A model generated the notes under the pieces. The model searched no databases, was not told where the DNA came from, and saw only the letters and a list, made by a program, of their open reading frames with translations. From positions 252,800 through 316,799 of the forward strand of contig JAZKFH010000015.1 of assembly GCA_040386535.1 (NCBI GenBank): a DNA stretch of 64,000 bases. Direction: 5' to 3'. Positions 47,372 through 56,405 of this stretch are shown piece by piece. The DNA comes from Myxococcota bacterium. GTDB lineage: Bacteria > Myxococcota_A > UBA796 > SXON01. The position numbers were made by a program, and so were the translations under genes. Position 1 is the first letter of the stretch, and the number at the start of each line of letters is the position of its first letter.

Positions 47372-50300
47372 ATGGATACCTCTGCCTTTGCCGGACAGGA
47401 TCGCTTCGAGCCAATATCGTTGTTGGGCAGTGGCGAGTTTGGCCTGGTCTACGCGGTCACCGACCACTTGCGGCAGGAGTTGGTCGCCGCGAAGGTGCTA
47501 CGTCGCGTCGAGCCCGGCGCGCTGGCCCGCTTCAAGCAGGAGTTCCGGGCCCTGGCGGACATCCGCCATCCAAACCTCGTGCGGGTGATGGAGCTGCACG
47601 CGGCGCCCAACGGCGCCTGGTTCTTCACGATGGAGCGCGTGTCGGGCGAGGACCCGCTCACGTGGCTCAAGCGCCCCCAATACGCGGGCGGCGCGGTGCT
47701 CACGTACGAACCCGCGAGCCTGCCCGAAACCAACTCCCAACCCGACAGCTACGACGCGGGGCCCCCGAACCCTCCGCCCACGTTGAACGAGCTCGATCCG
47801 CACGCGGTCCGCGCGGTGTTCCACCAGCTCGTGACCGGGATCGGCGCGCTCCACGCGGCCGGCTTCATGCACCGCGATCTGAAGCCGTCCAACGTGCTCG
47901 TTCAGCCGGATGGACGGGTCATCGTGCTCGACTTCGGCGTGGCACGCAGTCTCGAAGACGACCGCTCCCGGTACTCCACCGCCGGCACGCCGCGGTACAT
48001 GGCGCCCGAGCGGTGGCGCGGCCAGCCCCATGGCCCCGCGTCGGATTGGTACGCCCTCGGCGTGATGTTGCACGAGGTGTTGTACGGCGCCGCGCCCTGC
48101 CAGACGGACGCCGCGCTCCCGGATCTCCCGCCGACCGCCCACGCCGGACTGCGGGCGATTTGTGCGCGGCTCCTCGCGCCGTCGGCGGCGGACCGGCCCT
48201 CCCACCTGGAGCTGCTCGCGGCCTTCGCCGCCGAGGTCGTGCCAGAGGCGCCGAGGCGGATGCCGGCCCGCTTGTTCGTCGGCCGCCTCGCCGAGCGTCA
48301 GCAGCTCGTGGACGCGATGACCCAGGCGCGCGCGGGCGCCCGTCGCACCCGGATGGTCCTCGGGCCGAGCGGCGTAGGGAAGTCCACGCTCGTGCGGCGC
48401 GCGTTGCGCGATTTGCGTGCCGAGGGTCCCGTCGTCGCCCTCGCCGGGCGCTGCCACGAGCACGAGACGCTCCCGTTCAAGGCGCTCGACGGCGTGATCG
48501 ACGCGCTCGCCCGGCACCTCGACAGCTTGCCGGCGGACGCGGCGCGCGCGGTCCTCCCTCGCCACACCCAGGAGCTCGCGCAGGTCTTCCCCGCCCTGCG
48601 CCAGGTGCCCGCCGTCAGCGCGTGGCCCGCCACCCGTCTCGTGGAGGAGCCGATCGAGGTGCGCCGTCGCGCGTTCCGGGCGCTCGCGGACCTGCTCGGG
48701 AGCCTGAACGACCGCGCGCCGGTGGTGTTGTTCATCGACGACCTCCAGTGGGGGGACGAGGCCTCGGCCCACCTGCTCATCGACGTGCTCAGCGGCCTGG
48801 ACGCGCCAGCCGTGCTGGTCATCGGCGCCTGCCGGACAGACGAGCGCCAGGACAGCCCGTTCATGCGCGTCTGGGACGCCTGGACCGCGGATGACCCCCG
48901 CGCACACGGGGACGTGGAGGTCGGGCGGTTGACCTCGGACGAGTCGCTCGCGCTCAGCCGGCACCTCCTCGGCGACGAGGGCAACGACGGGGACGCGTGG
49001 GCGTCGACGGTCGCGGCGGAGTCCGTGGGGAGCCCGATGCTCGTCGAGGAGCTCGTGCGGGCGGGCCGCGACGGGGCGCCCGCGGGCCTCAAGGAGGTGA
49101 TCGGACGCCGCCTGGACGCCCTCTCCTCCGCGCACCTCGAGGTGCTCTACGCCGTGGCGACGGCGCAACGCCCACTGCTGCGCGAGCTCCTGTGGGACGC
49201 GACCGACCTCGGCGACACCGCTTGGGCCGTGGTGGACGACCTTGTCGACGCGCGGCTCCTCCTGCGCCGCCCGATCGGAGGGCGGCCCGCGCTCGAGGTC
49301 CGGCACGACCGCTACCGTGAGGTGGTGGCAGCGCGCCTGGCGCCGGAAGAGGCACGCCGCGTTCAACGCGCGCTCGCCGACGCGGGCGCCCGGCAGGGCG
49401 CGGAGGCCGATTGGGTGGCTGCTCGTTACGAGATGGCCGGCTGCGTCGAACAGGCGCTCCCGCACGCCCGACGCGCCGCGGAGGAGGCCCTGGCGTCGCT
49501 GTCCCTGGAGCGCGCCGCCGAGCTGTTCGCCCAGGCGCTACGGTGCACACCCCCGGGGGACGTGACCCGGGGGCCGCTCCTCGAAGCGCAGGCCAACGCG
49601 CTCGCCCTGGTCGGGCGGTCCGCGGAGGCGAGCCTGCTCTACCTGGACGCCGCCGAGGTGCACCCGGACCCGCTACGAATGCGGTACAAGGCGTCGATCC
49701 AGCAGATGTTCTGTGGACAGACCGAGGCGGGTGTCACCCAGCTGCGCGGCGTGTCCGAGGCCCTCGGCGTGGGGTGGCCCCGGCGGCCCTGGCAGGCCGC
49801 GGCGGGGATGGTGTGGACGAGCTTCCGGATGCTCGGCTGGCGCGCGCCCGCGCCCGCCCTGACCGGTCCGGCCGAGCTCCCACCCACCGGGGTCAGCCCG
49901 GTCGAGCTGTGTTGGGAGGCCTGTCAGGCGCTCTCCTCGTCCGATTGGATCCGCGGGGCGTGGTTTGCAGCCCAGGGGGCCCACCACGCGATGCGTTCGG
50001 GCGATCCTGTGCGAATCGCCCGCTCGATGGCCTGGCTCGGGTCGCAGGTCCAACCTTTCTCCTCCCGCCAGAGCGAGCGCGCGCTCGAACTCGCGAAGCG
50101 CATCGCCACCACGCACCCGCACCCCGAGCTCCTCGCGGTCATCGACATCGTCGAGGCCACGCGCTGGCTCACGAGCGGCGAGTTCGCCCCGGCGGCGCCC
50201 CTCTTCGACCGCTGCATCGAGCGGCTCCAGACCTGCGAAGGGTCGGCGTGGCTCGGGATGCTCGCGCGCAGCCTGCAAGGCGAGACCCTCATCCACCTCG

Positions 50301-51016
50301 GAGAGCTGCCACGCCTCCGCCTGCTCATCGACAGCGCCCAACATCGGTACTGGGAGCTCGGCAACCTGCACGGCGCGCAGGTCGTGCGGCTGCAGGAGGC
50401 CGTCCTGCGCATGTCGGACGACCAGCCCGATCGCGCGCACGTCCTGCTCGAGCGGGTCGACCAGGAGAACACGAAGGAAGGCTTCTTCTACCTCCACTAC
50501 GGGCAGATGGAGAACGCGGCGCGGCTGTCACTCTACCAGGGTGACCTGGAGGGGGCCGCGCGGGGCCTCATGGAGCGTTGGCCGCGCATGATGGCCTCGG
50601 GCATCGCGTGGGTGCCGTCCGTCGCCAGCCGCGCGTGGTCGGTGCGCGGCAACATCGAAGCGGCGCGCCTCGCGGCGTCGCATGGCACCGATGCCAGCGC
50701 GCGCGCTGTCGTGCGGGAAGCGCTCTCCAAGTTGGCGCGCACGTCCGCCCCGGTGGCCGTCGCCGAGCACCGTCAGCTCTCGGGGGCGCTCGCCGCGGCG
50801 GAGGGGCGCCGCGCCGACGCCGTCAGGCTCGCCACCGAGGCCGCGGCGTGCTTCCGGGGGAACCACCAGCACCTCCGCGCGGCGATCGCGGCGCGGGGGG
50901 CCGCGATCGTGGGCGAGGGGGACACGGACGCGGCGGCCCGCGCCGTCGCGGCGCTCGCGATCAGCGCGCCGGCGGCGTGGTCCCGGGCCTTCTCCCCCGC
51001 GTTCGAAGCGCGCTGA
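47372..51016 (+). CDS. Ser/Thr kinase - STAND (AAA_16-like) ATPase - TPR-like protein
   Basis: LGSGEFG, HRDLKPSN, DFG, GTPRYMAPE; FVGR..E, Walker A GPSGVGKST, Walker B LFIDDLQWGD; long helical tail. Confidence 0.92.
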   Translation: MDTSAFAGQDRFEPISLLGSGEFGLVYAVTDHLRQELVAAKVLRRVEPGALARFKQEFRALADIRHPNLVRVMELHAAPNGAWFFTMERVSGEDPLTWLKRPQYAGGAVLTYEPASLPETNSQPDSYDAGPPNPPPTLNELDPHAVRAVFHQLVTGIGALHAAGFMHRDLKPSNVLVQPDGRVIVLDFGVARSLEDDRSRYSTAGTPRYMAPERWRGQPHGPASDWYALGVMLHEVLYGAAPCQTDAALPDLPPTAHAGLRAICARLLAPSAADRPSHLELLAAFAAEVVPEAPRRMPARLFVGRLAERQQLVDAMTQARAGARRTRMVLGPSGVGKSTLVRRALRDLRAEGPVVALAGRCHEHETLPFKALDGVIDALARHLDSLPADAARAVLPRHTQELAQVFPALRQVPAVSAWPATRLVEEPIEVRRRAFRALADLLGSLNDRAPVVLFIDDLQWGDEASAHLLIDVLSGLDAPAVLVIGACRTDERQDSPFMRVWDAWTADDPRAHGDVEVGRLTSDESLALSRHLLGDEGNDGDAWASTVAAESVGSPMLVEELVRAGRDGAPAGLKEVIGRRLDALSSAHLEVLYAVATAQRPLLRELLWDATDLGDTAWAVVDDLVDARLLLRRPIGGRPALEVRHDRYREVVAARLAPEEARRVQRALADAGARQGAEADWVAARYEMAGCVEQALPHARRAAEEALASLSLERAAELFAQALRCTPPGDVTRGPLLEAQANALALVGRSAEASLLYLDAAEVHPDPLRMRYKASIQQMFCGQTEAGVTQLRGVSEALGVGWPRRPWQAAAGMVWTSFRMLGWRAPAPALTGPAELPPTGVSPVELCWEACQALSSSDWIRGAWFAAQGAHHAMRSGDPVRIARSMAWLGSQVQPFSSRQSERALELAKRIATTHPHPELLAVIDIVEATRWLTSGEFAPAAPLFDRCIERLQTCEGSAWLGMLARSLQGETLIHLGELPRLRLLIDSAQHRYWELGNLHGAQVVRLQEAVLRMSDDQPDRAHVLLERVDQENTKEGFFYLHYGQMENAARLSLYQGDLEGAARGLMERWPRMMASGIAWVPSVASRAWSVRGNIEAARLAASHGTDASARAVVREALSKLARTSAPVAVAEHRQLSGALAAAEGRRADAVRLATEAAACFRGNHQHLRAAIAARGAAIVGEGDTDAAARAVAALAISAPAAWSRAFSPAFEAR

Positions 51017-53191
51017 TCACACGTTCCCGGCCACCGCGACCTTCGACGGGAGCAGGTGGAAATATCCCGGGCGCCGGGTCGTGTTGCGCTCGAGGATCTC
51101 CACCTCGATCGCGCTCATCCTCTGCCGCAGCGCCGCCACCAGCGACCACGCCTTGGGGTCCGGGTACCAGGAGAGGTCCACCTGGGACCAGGTGTCCCCC
51201 TGGAGGGACGCGAGCAGGTGGAGCGCTCGCATCTGCGTGAGCGCCGTCTCCGACGGAGGAAGGAGCTCCAACAGGGTGACGTCCTTCAGCCGCGCCGGAT
51301 CCGCGTAGATGGCGCACGGCTTCTCGGCGACCGAGCCCATCTGTTCGTATTGGGAGTAGTTGACCGCGCTGTGCAGCGGACCACACAGGAACAGCACCGT
51401 CGTGATCATCTCGCAGAGCGTGTCCAACGTATCGAGCGTCTCCGGCAACCCCCGAACGGCGCCCCCGTGGGGGCTCGGTGCGCGCAGCTCCTGGAACCAC
51501 GCCTGCACCTCGTGGTCCGCTACGACCGCGGCGTCTCCAGTGGCGGCGTCCTCCCCGTAGTACAACCCGAGGTACCCCTTCACGAAGGTGTCCAGGGCTT
51601 CCCAATGGAGCATCCCGTCGTCCCGGAACGGGTAGTCCGGGAGCGCGTTGGTGTCATCGAGCCCTTGTCTTTCCATGCGCCGTGGCAGATTCGCGTCCCA
51701 CAGCGTGGCTTGTTCGGCGGCGCGCTCCAGCAACCGGAACGTGCCATCTTTCAGGCCCACCGCCATCAGTTGGTCGAGGAGCCCGTCCTCGTTGGCCAGC
51801 CACTGCCGTCCCAGGAAGTTGTTCCAGAGCACGGACTCGAAGCTCGGCGCGAGCAACACCGAGATGGGGTGACGCACCGACAGCTGACGACGCGTGGTGA
51901 CGACCAGCGGTTCGAGCGCGAAGTGTACGCCGTACAGGTGGGTGAACAGCTCGTGATGGTGGAAGTCCGCACACTCGAAGCAGGCTTTGGCGTTGTTCCA
52001 CGCCTCCTCGTCCGACGGCGTGAAGATCTCGAAGACGGCGGGGTCCCGTCCCGCTTGCAACGCGATGGGGAGCAGGTTTCCCCCGTGCTCCGAGCGCGCC
52101 TGGAAGAACAGGCCGAAGGGAACGGGCAGGAAGCGCTGCCTCGGTTCGTCGGACAGCGTCCGCCCGAAGAAGTCCCGCTCCGGGCCCTTTGCGCGGAGGG
52201 GAATGCCGTCGAGCATGGCGAAGTCGACGACGTAGAGCTGGCCCGCCTCCGCGGCACCTGCCAGGGTCAGTCCGCGAACGTACGCGTCGGGCAGCCTGAG
52301 CTTGACCAACGCATCTTGCAGGTGCCGATCGGTGACAGGAAATCCGCTGGGGAGGTCCTCCGCCGTGCGGACGCGGCGAAGGAGCAGGGGATTGGCCCCG
52401 GCCAGGCGTGCACGGGCAAAATCGATGTCGTGGGTGACCCCTTTGAGGCCTGCCTCCGAAACCTTCAGCTCCGCGGAGAGGAGCGAGTAGTCCGCGCATT
52501 TGCGCAGCGGCACGGGCTTGGCGTCGACGTTCGTCACGAACTCGAGCGCGCTCCGGACGATGGCCGCGACGCCGCGGAGCCGCGCCGGAAGAGGGTTGTG
52601 CCGGCCTGCGTTCAGTTCGCGCGGCTGGGCAGGCGTGCGGCGTCCGAGGAAACTCGAAACTTGGGAAACGATGCTGTCGGAGGCATTGATCGTATCGGTG
52701 ATCGTCTCGAAGAGGTGCTCGACCGCCTCGACCAGGGTTTGCTTCAGATCCTCGGGCCGCGGCAGGAAGGCGGCCCTATCTTCTCGTGCCTCCCCCAACT
52801 CGCCGAGCTTCCTCCAGGTGACGACCAGGTGGGGAGCCTCCAAGGCGGCCGCCGCCCCCATGGCAATGAACGCCTGGTTCCATTCGCACTTCGGAATCTG
52901 CTCCAGGACGTCGTACAGGACGTCGGAGGCGTGTTCGACCTTCTTGAGGGCCCAGTCTATGTCCGGGTGCTCTTCCTCCGGCAGGCCGACGTACGACCCG
53001 TGCAGCACGTCGTAGATGTCGAGGAGGCCGGTCTGCTCGATGCCTTGGATCGCCAGCATGGGAAGGGATCCGACGACGCTGTAGTCCCAACTGTAGAGCG
53101 CGCGGCGCTTGACGACGTTTTCGGCGCGGTTGAAGAGGAGATCGTGCTGCGGAAGGAAAACAGGGATGCTCGCAGGGGGGGGCGTTTTCAT
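51017..53191 (-). CDS. Lipoxygenase
   Basis: FARARLAGANP, HELFTHLYGVHFALEP, RQLSVRHPI, DYPFRDDG, HSAVNYSQY, C-terminal AGNV; AGAGG RBS before ATG 53191. Confidence 0.93.
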   Translation of the reverse strand: MKTPPPASIPVFLPQHDLLFNRAENVVKRRALYSWDYSVVGSLPMLAIQGIEQTGLLDIYDVLHGSYVGLPEEEHPDIDWALKKVEHASDVLYDVLEQIPKCEWNQAFIAMGAAAALEAPHLVVTWRKLGELGEAREDRAAFLPRPEDLKQTLVEAVEHLFETITDTINASDSIVSQVSSFLGRRTPAQPRELNAGRHNPLPARLRGVAAIVRSALEFVTNVDAKPVPLRKCADYSLLSAELKVSEAGLKGVTHDIDFARARLAGANPLLLRRVRTAEDLPSGFPVTDRHLQDALVKLRLPDAYVRGLTLAGAAEAGQLYVVDFAMLDGIPLRAKGPERDFFGRTLSDEPRQRFLPVPFGLFFQARSEHGGNLLPIALQAGRDPAVFEIFTPSDEEAWNNAKACFECADFHHHELFTHLYGVHFALEPLVVTTRRQLSVRHPISVLLAPSFESVLWNNFLGRQWLANEDGLLDQLMAVGLKDGTFRLLERAAEQATLWDANLPRRMERQGLDDTNALPDYPFRDDGMLHWEALDTFVKGYLGLYYGEDAATGDAAVVADHEVQAWFQELRAPSPHGGAVRGLPETLDTLDTLCEMITTVLFLCGPLHSAVNYSQYEQMGSVAEKPCAIYADPARLKDVTLLELLPPSETALTQMRALHLLASLQGDTWSQVDLSWYPDPKAWSLVAALRQRMSAIEVEILERNTTRRPGYFHLLPSKVAVAGNV

Positions 53192-53277
53192 CGAACCTCT
53201 TATGGCGCGCGGGTGCGCACGCTTTGTGTGGCGTTCGTGTACACCATTCGGTCGAGCTCGCGCCAGCCTCCCGGCAT

Positions 53278-53291
53278 TGCAACCGCTTGCA
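53278..53291. promoter_or_regulatory. Candidate operator palindrome in the LOX/FHA divergent region
   Basis: TGCAA-CCGC-TTGCA. Confidence 0.3.
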
Positions 53292-53410
53292 GTACCCGCC
53301 TGGCCCAGCCGCCGTCGTCCCCCCCAAGCGACCGACGCTCCGCTATTTTCCGACCAACGGGTTAACAACTCGGCATCGCACGCCTCGAACACATCGATAC
53401 CGGCCGCCTC

Positions 53411-54286
53411 GTGACCCTGCGCGCGCGCCACCTCGTCGGTCGCTCGCCCGAGGCCGACCTGCGCGTCGACGCGCCCCGGGTGTCGACCCGGCACGCCGAG
53501 CTCTTCTACCACGAATCAGCTTGGTTCCTACGTGATCTCGGAAGTCGGAACGGCACCACGGTGGACGGCGTCCCGGTGCTCCCCGGGGTCGACGTGGCGC
53601 TGAGCGTCGGGAGCCGCGTCGAGCTCGCCGGGCCGGGCTGCGCGTGGCGGCTCGCCTCGGTGGCTCCGCCACACGCCGCGGCCGTTCCGCTCGACGGGGG
53701 CGCGGCCGTGGAGGCGGAGGACGGCGTGATCAGCCTGCCGGACGGCGAGGGCTCGGTGCTCGTCTACGACGATTCGAGCGGGTGGTGCTGCCGCCGCGAG
53801 GAGGACGAGATCCCCGCGCGGGACGGGGAGGTCGTCGAGGCGGGAGGGCGGCACTGGCGGCTGTCACTGCCGAGCGCGGTCATCGCGACGCTCCACTCGC
53901 GCGACTCGCGACCGGAGACCGCGCTGACCCTGCGCTTCGTGGTGAGCCGCGACGAGGAGCACGTCGAGCTCACGGTCTTCTGGGGGGGCCAGTCCTTCAC
54001 CCCGCGCGCCCGGGCGCATGCCTACACGCTCCTGACGCTCGCCCGCCGCCGCCTCGCCGACGAGCAGGCGGGGGAGCTCCCACCCGCGGAGCGTGGCTGG
54101 TTCTACACGGACGAGCTCTGCCATCTCCTGCGGGTCGATCCGAACCTGGTCCACACGCACCTGTTCCGCGCGCGGCGGCAGCTCCTGGAGGGGGGCGTGC
54201 CCGACGCCGAGGCGCTCATCGAGCGGCGACCGGACGCGCGGCAGATGCGAATCGGCATCGCGATGATCGAAGTGATCGCGGGGTAG
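53411..54286 (+). CDS. FHA-domain protein with C-terminal winged-helix-like domain (paralog B)
   Basis: VGRS.EADL, VSTRHA, RDLGSRNGT; shares LRFVVS.DEEHVEL and ARAH..LL.LARRRL with paralog A. True start may lie slightly upstream. Confidence 0.85.
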   Translation: MTLRARHLVGRSPEADLRVDAPRVSTRHAELFYHESAWFLRDLGSRNGTTVDGVPVLPGVDVALSVGSRVELAGPGCAWRLASVAPPHAAAVPLDGGAAVEAEDGVISLPDGEGSVLVYDDSSGWCCRREEDEIPARDGEVVEAGGRHWRLSLPSAVIATLHSRDSRPETALTLRFVVSRDEEHVELTVFWGGQSFTPRARAHAYTLLTLARRRLADEQAGELPPAERGWFYTDELCHLLRVDPNLVHTHLFRARRQLLEGGVPDAEALIERRPDARQMRIGIAMIEVIAG

Positions 54287-54293
54287 GGGGCGG

Positions 54294-56405
54294 TCAGGTC
54301 AGGGAGCGGGCGAGGCGGAAGCCGAGGTCGAGCCTGGACCGGGCGGTGTTCGGTTGCTCGCGGGACGCGACATGGGGATCGCGGCCGCTGAAGGCGGCAC
54401 CGCGGCAGATGCCGAACACGGCCGAAGCGTGGTCGGGCGTGGGGTCGACCACGGCGACGCGGTGGTCGGGCAGCTCCGGGCCGAGGAGCTCGAAGGGGTC
54501 CGCGACCCAATCGGCGGCGTTCCCCGACACGCCGCGCACCCCGTACGGGCTCTCGTCGAGCGGGAAGCTGTCGACGGACGCCGGCGCTGCGGCCCGGCCA
54601 TCCATCTCGAGGTTCGCCCAGCGCGTCGTCCGGCGCCGCCCCCATGGGAACGCGCGCCCGTCCACGCCGCGCGCGGCCTTCTCCCACTCCAGGTCCATCG
54701 GGAGGCGCCACCGCAGCCCGTCCTCCGCGCGTCGCGCGTTGGCGTACGCAGACGCGGTGGCGAACGAGACGTGGAGCGCCGGCCGGTCGGCCTCTGCCGG
54801 CGGGAGCGCGGGGCGGAAGCGCCCGTCCGTTCCGCGCGGATAGACGTGGGGGCCGGCGCCGACCAGCCCGGCTGACCGCGGGGAGTGAGCGAGGGCCCGG
54901 CCCTCCTCGCCGGCGTCGAGGAGGGCGTCGAGCCACTCCGCCAGCTCGCCGGCCGTCACCGGGAAGCGGCGGATCACGAAGCCGTCGCACCACAGGGGGC
55001 GGGGCCACACCCCCGCGTTGCTCTCTCTCGCGCCGGCCGCGAACCAGCCCGCCGGGACGTAGCGATCGTCCGGGCCCAGCGCGTCGGTGTGCAGCAGTCG
55101 GATGGGGAGCGGGGCGGTGCCGCCGGGCGGAACGCCGTCCCAGTGCTGCTGCCGCTCGATGAGCACGGGGTACAGGGCGGGCACGCGGCCCTGCGTCTCG
55201 ATGCGGAGGCGGTAGCTGCCGGGCGCGAGCTCGACGGCATGGAGCGGCGTGTGGCCGAGGGTGCCGGCATCGCGGAGCACGAGGCGATGGTCGACCTCCT
55301 CGTAGCGTTCCACCCTGACGAGGGCGCCCGGCGGATCGGTGACGAGGGTGAGCGCGCCCGTGCCGCGGAGGAAACGATCGCCGTGCGCGCGGAGCGGGTG
55401 CGAGGGCGCGAGCCGGTGGACGTGCTCGCGGAGGGCCAGCTCGGCGCGCGCCTCCGCCGCGGGGGCGCCCGCTCGGTGCGCTTCGGCGGCCAGAACGCTC
55501 CAGATGCGGGCCATGGTGGCGTGGGCCTCCGGCAGGGTGGGGTCCTGCTCGAGGGCGGCGTGGAGGGCGCGCTGCCCCGCCGCGACGCGGTCCCGGCTCG
55601 TCCGGCGGAGCGCCTCCGCCGCGTCCTCGAGGGCCCATGCCGGGAGCCGGGTCTCCTCGGGCTCCCAGGTCCGCACGGCGGCCACGGCGACGCGGCCGAC
55701 GCGGGCGGCGTGGGCGTGGGCGTGGGCGGCGGCGGCGGCCTCGGCGAACACGGCATCGGCCCGCGCCACCCACCCGAGCGCGCGCGCGCGGCGGTCGGCG
55801 CCATCCAGCCAGGCTCGGAGGCGCGCGGCGATCGCGCTCGCCGTCGTGAGCGTTCGGCGCACATCGGCGTCGCCGAGCGCGGTGGGAACGAGCCACGCGT
55901 CGACCAGCGACAGCATGGCCGCTACGTCGCGCCCGCCCACCGGGCCGTCGGCGGGTGCCGCCGCCGTGGCCGACCAACCCACCACCCACACCTGCCCGCC
56001 CTCGCCGAGGACCAGCGCCTCCTCGCCGAAGCGCCCGTGGGGCACGCCCCGGGCGTGGGCGTGCGCGAGCGCCTCCGCGGCGCGGATCAGGGCGTCGGCG
56101 CGGGGCCGCTCCTCGCGCGTCGGGGCGGCCTCGGCCCAGCGCGCCCCCGTCACCGCGGCGCGGATCCGCGCGATCCGCCCGTCGGGGAGCACGCCCACCT
56201 CGTGGAGCGGCGGGATCGCCGGGTGCTGGAGCCGCGCCAGCGTGCGCGTCTCGGCGAGCCAGGCCGAGAGGTCCGCGCCCGCGACCTCAACGTCGACGCG
56301 CCCGCCGACGGTGGCGCGCTCACACTGCCAGCGCTCCGCGCGCGGAGGCGCGTCCACCAGTGCGAGCGGCGCCAGGAGCGCGTGCCAGCCGGCGTCGCGG
56401 GTCAT
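54294..56405 (-). CDS. Pseudokinase - PEGA-like - FGE-sulfatase-domain protein
   Basis: LARLQHPAIPPLHEVG kinase remnant, HGR in place of HRD, VGW in place of DWG; LTLVTDPPGA; WRLP..EWEKAARG, SPYGV..GNAADW, GFRLA. Confidence 0.82.
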   Translation of the reverse strand: MTRDAGWHALLAPLALVDAPPRAERWQCERATVGGRVDVEVAGADLSAWLAETRTLARLQHPAIPPLHEVGVLPDGRIARIRAAVTGARWAEAAPTREERPRADALIRAAEALAHAHARGVPHGRFGEEALVLGEGGQVWVVGWSATAAAPADGPVGGRDVAAMLSLVDAWLVPTALGDADVRRTLTTASAIAARLRAWLDGADRRARALGWVARADAVFAEAAAAAHAHAHAARVGRVAVAAVRTWEPEETRLPAWALEDAAEALRRTSRDRVAAGQRALHAALEQDPTLPEAHATMARIWSVLAAEAHRAGAPAAEARAELALREHVHRLAPSHPLRAHGDRFLRGTGALTLVTDPPGALVRVERYEEVDHRLVLRDAGTLGHTPLHAVELAPGSYRLRIETQGRVPALYPVLIERQQHWDGVPPGGTAPLPIRLLHTDALGPDDRYVPAGWFAAGARESNAGVWPRPLWCDGFVIRRFPVTAGELAEWLDALLDAGEEGRALAHSPRSAGLVGAGPHVYPRGTDGRFRPALPPAEADRPALHVSFATASAYANARRAEDGLRWRLPMDLEWEKAARGVDGRAFPWGRRRTTRWANLEMDGRAAAPASVDSFPLDESPYGVRGVSGNAADWVADPFELLGPELPDHRVAVVDPTPDHASAVFGICRGAAFSGRDPHVASREQPNTARSRLDLGFRLARSLT

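Noticed and set aside
53272..53286. Sigma54 promoter (GG-N10-GC) upstream of FHA-B
   Set aside because: Spacing fits but the -12 element is CCGC rather than TTGC; too weak in GC-rich DNA.
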